13,619 nt of DNA from Elainellaceae cyanobacterium (GTDB lineage Bacteria; Cyanobacteriota; Cyanobacteriia; CAZCXK01), in the NCBI GenBank assembly GCA_051117555.1, contig JBNPEG010000241.1, forward strand, positions 1 to 13,619, written 5' to 3'. The translations under genes were made by a program, and so were the position numbers. The notes under the pieces were generated by a model, which was given only the letters and a program-made list of their open reading frames with translations, made no database searches and was not told where the DNA came from. Shown in pieces: positions 7,659 through 13,619 of the stretch. How positions within the stretch are numbered: position 1 is the first letter of the stretch; each line of letters begins with the position of its first letter.

Positions 7659-8039
7659 TTAACTAACAGCCTCCTCTTTAGGCTCTTTAGCAACTGACTC
7701 ATCTGATGGTTCGCGATCTGGCTCAGCTATCTCGGGCTCATCATTCACGTCGGGTTCGCTATTAGATTCCGACGTTGCTGAAGAGGCTTCTTTTGATGCT
7801 TCTAGAGCCTTGGGTTCAGGAGGCTCGATCTTTGCCTCCATGGAGGTTTTCACGCTTTTCTCAAGCTGTTCCGCTTCCTTCTTAAATTCGTTTTCAAATT
7901 CTTTGGACGCATCTTGAAAACTTCGAATCGCTTTGCCCACACTACGACCGATTTCTGGCAGCTTTTTGGGTCCAAAAATCAATAAAGCTACAACAAAAAT
8001 CAAAATCATTTCGGGCAGACCAATGCCAAAAAAATTCAT
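7659..8039 (-). CDS. tatA: Twin-arginine translocase TatA/TatB-like subunit (126 aa)
   Basis: MNFFGIGLPEMILIFVVALLIFGPKKLPEIGRSVGKAIRSF gives a TM helix, FGP hinge and amphipathic helix, then an acidic tail. I moved the start from GTG 8057 to ATG 8039 because GGAGA lies 5 nt upstream of it. Adjacent to psbH, as is usual. Confidence 0.93.
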   Translation of the reverse strand: MNFFGIGLPEMILIFVVALLIFGPKKLPEIGRSVGKAIRSFQDASKEFENEFKKEAEQLEKSVKTSMEAKIEPPEPKALEASKEASSATSESNSEPDVNDEPEIAEPDREPSDESVAKEPKEEAVS

Positions 8040-8059
8040 AATATTCTCCCCGAACACAT

Positions 8060-8081
8060 AAAACCCCGGACAAGCCGGGGT
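8060..8081 (-). terminator. Terminator or stabilising hairpin between psbH and tatA
   Basis: The minus strand reads ACCCCGG-CTTGT-CCGGGGT-TTT, starting 24 nt after the psbH stop. Confidence 0.65.
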
Positions 8082-8105
8082 ATACCGGCTATATAGCCAG
8101 AATAT

Positions 8106-8309
8106 CTACTGGCCTAAACTCGACCAATCTACGTTGAGATTTTCGAGGATGAGTGATGAATTGTAAATTTGCAAAATAATCAGCAAAAAGACAAAGAACA
8201 AAAGCATGAATACAGCCATAAGAGGAGTGGTGCCCCAACCCGGTGCAACCTTACCATACTCTGAGTTCAAAGGCCTGAGAATATCTCCCAATCGAGTTTG
8301 TTGTGCCAT
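8106..8309 (-). CDS. psbH: Photosystem II reaction centre protein H (67 aa)
   Basis: [26 protein letters not shown] followed by a TM helix and IYNSS. Confidence 0.99.
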   Translation of the reverse strand: MAQQTRLGDILRPLNSEYGKVAPGWGTTPLMAVFMLLFFVFLLIILQIYNSSLILENLNVDWSSLGQ

Positions 8310-8387
8310 GGGTGACCTACGTAAATCGCTACATTTTAACGTTCCGTAATATTATAAAGGAAGAGGATTACAAAAATGATAATGACC

Positions 8388-8519
8388 ATGGATACCGCAA
8401 CAGTTTTTAGTATTTCGATTGGGGCTGGGCTCATTGCAATCACGGCGGTGGCAATCTATACCTCGTTTGGACCACCATCTAAAGAATTGAGTGATCCATT
8501 TGAAGATCATGAAGATTGA
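8388..8519 (+). CDS. psbN: Photosystem II assembly protein PsbN (43 aa), not in the ORF track
   Basis: Manual translation MDTATVFSISIGAGLIAITAVAIYTSFGPPSKELSDPFEDHED* contains the diagnostic YTSFGPPSKEL.DPFEDHED. It is divergent from psbH. In-frame ATGs also occur at 8376 and 8382. Confidence 0.97.
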   Translation: MDTATVFSISIGAGLIAITAVAIYTSFGPPSKELSDPFEDHED

Positions 8520-8541
8520 TCTTAATTTTCGATCGTTACGA

Positions 8542-11500
8542 TTATTCATCCCTATCTTCGGTGATAGAGGCTGATGTGAGCTGCATGCTTATAGAAGCGA
8601 TCGCATAAGGGCCAATAGGTAGCGTCGATGAATTTGAGAATTCTTTGGCAGCTTGGGTGGGAACCTCTAACAGATTAACCCACCGAACAGATCCCAAATT
8701 AGTGGAATCCTGCTTCAGCAATGTTTCCTGGAATAGTGCCGAAATGTCAAAAACCGCATCATTTCCATGACATTCGTAGACGCGTATGATCCAACGATTA
8801 GGATCATCATCTGACTGCTTAAATGCGCTGAGGACCACGTCATCACTTGGCAAATTCAAGAATTGCCCCTGTGATGGTAATGGTGCTGGTTTGGGAGGAT
8901 GAGGAGTTTGAAACGATAGTGTGACAAAGGGTTGATTAATCTCATATCCCCGCTGGACCGTCTTAGCGTCTATCCAATTGCCAGTGTGCGGGTAGATCGC
9001 ATATGTGAACTTATGGATTCCTTGATCGGCATCGGGGTCGGGCCACACTGATCCTCGTAGCAACGTCAAACGAAGTTGAGACGGGCGACTGTCATATCCA
9101 TGCTTGCAGGTGTTGATTAAGCTGACGCCGTGCTGGGAGGTGCTTAGATCTGCCCACTGGAGAGCAGGAACTTCCCACTTGGCTTGCTCTGTAGAATTGC
9201 GTGAGTGCGTTGAACGTTGAATAGATCCGAATGGAATCTCATACGTCGCGTAGTCTGCCTCAGCCGTTAGTGGAAAGACTGCCTTGACCACGGTATGACG
9301 TTCGCGCCAGTCAACCTCTGTGATGATTTTAAGGACGGGGGACTCGGCTTCGAGGACGTAGTCTTGGCAAAACGTTGACTGTCCAATCTGGCGAATGACC
9401 CGTAATCGAGATCGCAGTAGACCGCATTCGATCTGTTGAATATCTAGAAGGGTCGCATCGGGAAGCGGATGGTTTTCATAGTCTGGATCAATGTTCCATG
9501 CGTCCCAGTATTGCCCTTGGTCACGAAAGGCTTGAAGCTGATTGCCGGGGGAACGCAGAATATCGTGCTGATGGTGTTTGTCAAAGAGATGGTGAATGTC
9601 TCCGGTGATGGGATCGACGGTAATTTGTAAATGCTCATTTTCGATGACGTTTTCTAAAAAGGACTCTGTCTCCATCGAAGAAACTGTCGAACCGGACCCT
9701 TCTGACGTAGGGTGATTGGCATAAAGCCAGTAGAGTCGATAGCCTAGCCCGCTGACCTGGGCACGAAATAGAAGCGTCGAGGGGGCCGCTCCTGATGAGA
9801 CTGGCATTGGAGGAACCCTGGTCACTTGACATGGAATGCGATCGCCCCGGTGATCCACGACGCTCCAAGTCGTTGACGGATGTCCTAAATCAGTCGGAAT
9901 GGGCACTTCAACCAGGTGCGATCGCGTCCAGTTGAGTGAGTTAAATACTACGATAGGTTGCGCATCAGGATGAGGGGGCGATGACAGGTCAAGCCGTTGA
10001 GCGATCGCACCGAGCGCCTGATCTCGAATGCGTAATGCCGTGCGGTGAGCAAGTTCCCACTTGGGATTGACGTCTTCGTATACCTCTGGGATAGACGAGC
10101 CCGGCAGAATGTCATGAAACTGGTTAAACAGGACGTTTTTCCAGGATGATTCAATGTCAGCCTTTGGATACTGCGTACCGGCGACAAGCGCTGCAATAGA
10201 GGCATACAATTCAGCTTGATAGAGTAGGCTTTCACACTCACGATTCCAGCGCTTTTGATCGGCATGGGTGGTATAGCATCCACGATGGAGTTCGAGATAA
10301 AGCTCATCATTCCAGACGGGGAGTAGAGGATGAGCTGAATGCTGAAAACCAAAGGCTGAGGGCTGAGATCTAAAAGCTGAGTGCTGTTCCAAATCTCGAT
10401 CGTCACGTTCTAGATATTCCCGTGCTTGAATCTTGCTTTTTTTAGCGTCAGTTTTGGCAGAAATTTGGTCTAGAAAATCTCGGGCGCTGGAAAATTCTAG
10501 TGTCGGGAATAGCGGAGATTGCTGCCACTGTCGAGCGACTTCGAGCATGTCACGGGTTGGCCCCCCGCCGTGATCGCCAACACCAGGAAGCCAGAGAGAA
10601 ATTGGAATACCAGTCTTAGACTCCCAGTTGCAGGCATAGTCTGCCATTTTGATAGGATCGATATCAGTGCCGATGGGAGGAGCCGTCAAGCTCAAAATCT
10701 GACTACCGTCTGGCGATCGCCACCCAAACCAGTCATACGGAAAATCATTTGTGTCGTTCCAGCGAAGCTTTTGAGTCACAAAATAGCGGACGCCCCCCTG
10801 GCGCAAGATCTGGGGAAGTTGCCAACAAAACCCAAAGCTATCGGGCAACCAGGCAATTTCACTGACGTGTCCGAATTTTTCGTAGACATAGCGTTGACCA
10901 TACAACACCTGTCGGACAATTGATTCTCCACTAACAATATTGAATTCTGGCTCAACCCAAAGCCCTGCAACAATTTCCCATTTTTGGTTGGCAATCTGTT
11001 CTCGAATGGCAGCGAACAGATGGGGACGATGTTGCTCAAGCCACTCATAGAGAGCAGGCGTAGAATGACAAAAAATAAGGTCTGGAAACTCGTGCTGAAG
11101 CTGCAAGACAGATTTGAACGTGCGCTCAGCGGCCTCCCATGTGTCTTGAACTGACCATAGCCACGCCAGATCGAGATGGGCATGTCCTAAAAGTTTGATG
11201 GTGCGCTGCTTGATCCAGGGTTCAAATTGCCGGAGCTGTTGACGAGTTGCGGCGAGTGAATCATCAAATGTTTGGCGATCAGGTAATGCCGACCACTGAA
11301 TCGAGGCGATCGCCTCAGCAATATCACGCCGCTTTTCGGGTGCAAAGGTCGTGACATAGAGCTGCAATACGTCTAGTTCATCAGCCACAAATCCCGGTTC
11401 CGGAACGACTGTCGTAACCCCGTTTGATCGTTCATACATTGCGTGCGATCGCACTAACGCCCCCTCATCGTGTCCCGGACTGGTCAACCGTAGCGCTACA

Positions 11501-11931
11501 TCAAATACCTCACCGGGCTCGACAGCAGAACTCAGCAAAATGCGGGCTGAACAGTCAAACAAATCGCCTTCTTGAATGAGTTCTCCATTGAGATAGATTT
11601 CAGCCTTGCTTGCCCACCACGTCAGCGCAATCCGTAAGCTCAGCCCGTCGATTGGATAGTTCTCAACCGCAGCGGGGATCACGAGCCGTTGACCCAGCCA
11701 CAACACCGTTTCGCCCTTTCCCCAAGCAATGTGATGACGCGTGTTGAGAGAGGCGATCGCCCACGATTTCCAACAGTGAGCATACACGGCCTTATCGGTG
11801 GGCACGTCAGCGAGACACACGCGCCAGCGCTGCTGAAGATCGAGTTGAGTTAGCCGTCGCAATCGGGCGATCGCATTGAGAATCGGATCGGGTTCGGGTG
11901 AATACGGTAATGAGTGAGATGCAGTGGACAT
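8542..11931 (-). CDS. Alpha-mannosidase, glycoside hydrolase family 38 (1129 aa)
   Basis: Motifs GHAHLDLAWLW (Zn ligands), SGESIVRQ, WLPDSFG (nucleophile Asp), GDHGGGP, ELYLELHRGCYTT, NQFHDILPGSSI, YEIPFG and LRLTLLR. There is a ~240-aa N-terminal extension before the catalytic domain. Confidence 0.95.
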   Translation of the reverse strand: MSTASHSLPYSPEPDPILNAIARLRRLTQLDLQQRWRVCLADVPTDKAVYAHCWKSWAIASLNTRHHIAWGKGETVLWLGQRLVIPAAVENYPIDGLSLRIALTWWASKAEIYLNGELIQEGDLFDCSARILLSSAVEPGEVFDVALRLTSPGHDEGALVRSHAMYERSNGVTTVVPEPGFVADELDVLQLYVTTFAPEKRRDIAEAIASIQWSALPDRQTFDDSLAATRQQLRQFEPWIKQRTIKLLGHAHLDLAWLWSVQDTWEAAERTFKSVLQLQHEFPDLIFCHSTPALYEWLEQHRPHLFAAIREQIANQKWEIVAGLWVEPEFNIVSGESIVRQVLYGQRYVYEKFGHVSEIAWLPDSFGFCWQLPQILRQGGVRYFVTQKLRWNDTNDFPYDWFGWRSPDGSQILSLTAPPIGTDIDPIKMADYACNWESKTGIPISLWLPGVGDHGGGPTRDMLEVARQWQQSPLFPTLEFSSARDFLDQISAKTDAKKSKIQAREYLERDDRDLEQHSAFRSQPSAFGFQHSAHPLLPVWNDELYLELHRGCYTTHADQKRWNRECESLLYQAELYASIAALVAGTQYPKADIESSWKNVLFNQFHDILPGSSIPEVYEDVNPKWELAHRTALRIRDQALGAIAQRLDLSSPPHPDAQPIVVFNSLNWTRSHLVEVPIPTDLGHPSTTWSVVDHRGDRIPCQVTRVPPMPVSSGAAPSTLLFRAQVSGLGYRLYWLYANHPTSEGSGSTVSSMETESFLENVIENEHLQITVDPITGDIHHLFDKHHQHDILRSPGNQLQAFRDQGQYWDAWNIDPDYENHPLPDATLLDIQQIECGLLRSRLRVIRQIGQSTFCQDYVLEAESPVLKIITEVDWRERHTVVKAVFPLTAEADYATYEIPFGSIQRSTHSRNSTEQAKWEVPALQWADLSTSQHGVSLINTCKHGYDSRPSQLRLTLLRGSVWPDPDADQGIHKFTYAIYPHTGNWIDAKTVQRGYEINQPFVTLSFQTPHPPKPAPLPSQGQFLNLPSDDVVLSAFKQSDDDPNRWIIRVYECHGNDAVFDISALFQETLLKQDSTNLGSVRWVNLLEVPTQAAKEFSNSSTLPIGPYAIASISMQLTSASITEDRDE
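10334..10389. repeat. Degenerate heptamer tandem array (GCTGANN) inside the mannosidase CDS
   Basis: Eight 7-nt units: GCTGAAT GCTGAAA ACCAAAG GCTGAGG GCTGAGA TCTAAAA GCTGAGT GCTGTTC. Confidence 0.8.
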
Positions 11932-12047
11932 ATTTCGTTAAGATCAGGTCATTCGAGCCTGTTGGTGTTTGTCTGCTTCAGCCTTTGGATATGGGCTAGG
12001 ATTCTATATCGCGATGAACGTGATACAGCTAATGCTGTGTGAATACT

Positions 12048-13394
12048 ATGTCGTCTTCTGGTCGCTATCAAAGTAATATTCTCAATTTCCTATCGCAGCA
12101 GCGTCTGCGACTGAACGATCAGTATCAACGACGCAGTCGACAGGTCAAGCTGGTAGCGGTGTGGGGCACGCAAATTCTGCTTTATCCGCTCTATGCCCTT
12201 TTTCAAACCAGCCGATTGACGAGCCGACAGATTGGCCGGGCAGTGCGTCGCGTCATGCCCCGCTTGAGACAGACGAATCATCTTGTGCAGGCTCTAGTTC
12301 ATCCTGCTCGTCTGAAACCCCCGCCTACGGTTGATACCCCTACCTGGAAAATAATGGAAGGCGTTCAAGCCTTTGAATTGCCTATTAGAATTCAATCTGA
12401 GGCGCTAGGACGGGTTCCTACCAAAGCAACCCACCGTACCCTTAATAGGCAATCCATTCAAATTCGAGGGATCGCAACGCAGTGTTCAACCGGAAAGCTG
12501 GTGCTCGTTACTACCGATAATCGGAGTCTTGATCTATTTACCCCTCGGCAGTGCGATCGCCTGCGGCAGAAAATCACCTCAGAGCTTGCATCGTATCATC
12601 GCGATCGCCTGCGCGCTCAATCCGAATTATCGTCTACAGCATCCGATCACGCAGACTGGAGAGCTCTACCGTTGCCGACCGAATATCCTCAGCAATGGTC
12701 GATGCTAAAACGGCTTAATCGCCTCATGGCATGGATGCAGACGAGCCAGGTGGCGATCGCAGCCAATGTATTCCATGAATCTCGCCAGGTCTGCGAGACT
12801 AACTCTGTCCGACCTGATCGCGCTCTGTCACAATCTCAGTCGCAATCTCAGCCGAATACGACCCTATCCCCTCCTCAGCTAGCACGTTGGTCGCTCCTCA
12901 ATCGAGCGCGTGCGCTAGGGAACTCTGCGCTGCTTGCGACGCAAACCCCTATTGGAGAGTGGCAATGGTTTGATCCAGATTTGCCGATGGTTAGCGACCG
13001 TGTCGGATATTTGGATACTGAGTCCGATGATGTCCAGCGCTCGATTATTCAAGCTGAGTCTCGGCTAGATGCTGATTTTCTCTCTGCCTCTACCCCTGTA
13101 TCGATTATTGAACAGTCAGTGCATCAGAGAGTGGATGATTTAATGGATGCTCGGCGGGCAGAGCGCTCTGCCCTCACTCATGTGGCAACGATGGACGAGC
13201 GATCGCCCACCGTGTCAGGGATCAAACCCGAGTCCGATAGTGATGTATCGACTCCGTGGGTCGATGCAAAAGTCGCGTTCGTGGGCTACGCTAAGCATCC
13301 TCTCGAACAAGCATTAGAATGGCTTGATTCAGGAATGCTTTGGCTAGAGCGTGCGATTTCTAAGGTTTGGAGTTGGATGACTCGCCATATTTAG
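12048..13394 (+). CDS. Cyanobacterial hypothetical protein (~448 aa)
   Basis: Long ORF. The N-terminal block (RYQS...FL.QQ...WGTQILLYPLYALFQ) and C-terminal block (GYAKHPLEQALEWLDSGMLWLE) look conserved around a low-complexity middle. ATG 12048 is preferred over GTG 12039. Confidence 0.8.
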   Translation: MSSSGRYQSNILNFLSQQRLRLNDQYQRRSRQVKLVAVWGTQILLYPLYALFQTSRLTSRQIGRAVRRVMPRLRQTNHLVQALVHPARLKPPPTVDTPTWKIMEGVQAFELPIRIQSEALGRVPTKATHRTLNRQSIQIRGIATQCSTGKLVLVTTDNRSLDLFTPRQCDRLRQKITSELASYHRDRLRAQSELSSTASDHADWRALPLPTEYPQQWSMLKRLNRLMAWMQTSQVAIAANVFHESRQVCETNSVRPDRALSQSQSQSQPNTTLSPPQLARWSLLNRARALGNSALLATQTPIGEWQWFDPDLPMVSDRVGYLDTESDDVQRSIIQAESRLDADFLSASTPVSIIEQSVHQRVDDLMDARRAERSALTHVATMDERSPTVSGIKPESDSDVSTPWVDAKVAFVGYAKHPLEQALEWLDSGMLWLERAISKVWSWMTRHI

Positions 13395-13568
13395 GCGCGT
13401 CTTAAGCGCATCTATGTGGCGTATCTATATCAAGCTCAATCCAATCCATCGTTGGCTAAAAATCTTGACTCAATTAAGAATCTTGTCCGTTAATTTTGAG
13501 AGGATTCATATCTCAACTTCTTCAAACGAGATATCCTTTTTTCTCCATTCAACATCGCCAAATTAAAA

Positions 13569-13619
13569 TATAGCGATCTTAAATCGCTCGTAAATTGTGG
13601 GTGGTGGGGCGGGCCTGCC
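13569..13619. mobile_element. Probable left end of a second TATAGC-type MITE/REP-like element, truncated by the window edge
   Basis: TATAGCGATCTTAAATCGCTCGTAAA resembles the TATAGCAATCCTAAATC-type termini I recall from cyanobacterial intergenic repeats. It is followed by an abrupt GC-rich GTGGGGCGGGCCTGCC that looks like the first arm of a palindrome. The other end is not visible. Confidence 0.4.

Larger units (their letters stand above)
217..13206. repeat. HIP1 octamer GCGATCGC, dispersed (21 copies counted by eye)
   Basis: Copies start at 217, 383, 1106, 1366, 2216, 2793, 4674, 7175, 8597, 9838, 9918, 10001, 10713, 11306, 11445, 11753, 11867, 12553, 12601, 12753 and 13199. About 0.2 copies are expected by chance in 13.6 kb. 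HIP1 is a cyanobacterial hallmark. Confidence 0.95.

Noticed and set aside
8321..8380. Possible NtcA or RpaB (HLR1) site between psbH and psbN
   Set aside because: GTAAATCGCTAC has N6 rather than N8 spacing, and the TTACA-like half-sites are not in the direct-repeat spacing of HLR1.
8352..8549. 65-aa minus-strand ORF
   Set aside because: It is the antisense shadow of psbN.
1..11931. GH57, GH38 and glnA as a single carbon/nitrogen storage system
   Set aside because: The two hydrolase genes are about 6 kb apart and separated by terminators and unrelated core genes. I found no NtcA box upstream of either hydrolase.
832..12281. Remaining short ORFs nested in or antisense to GH57, glnA, the 101-aa ORF, pth, GH38 and the last CDS
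   Set aside because: They lie within or largely overlap well-supported genes and show no independent motifs.
1..13619. CRISPR array, tRNA, rRNA, transposase, prophage or defence genes
   Set aside because: I saw no regularly spaced 25-40-nt repeats, no cloverleaf or T-arm signature, and no such protein motifs.

Overview
This is a cyanobacterial chromosomal window: I counted 21 HIP1 GCGATCGC octamers by eye, and it carries photosynthesis genes. It is mostly conserved core genes: a GH57/DUF3536 glycoside hydrolase, glnA with a canonical NtcA-activated promoter divergent from apcF, a DUF3146 protein, a small hypothetical protein, the pth-tatA-psbH / psbN cluster (psbN is missing from the ORF track), a GH38 alpha-mannosidase and a conserved-looking hypothetical protein. 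I found no transposase, CRISPR array, tRNA, rRNA or defence system. The most unexplained signal is a ~225-bp GC-rich island (3247-3470) just downstream of the glnA terminator. It combines a degenerate TATAGC-ended MITE-like palindrome, a three-way-junction fold and a mutually exclusive long-range pairing. Other observations are mirror-image -10 boxes beside the NtcA site, a heptamer array translated inside the mannosidase, and a second TATAGC-type element cut off by the window end. I cannot claim a new system from the sequence alone.
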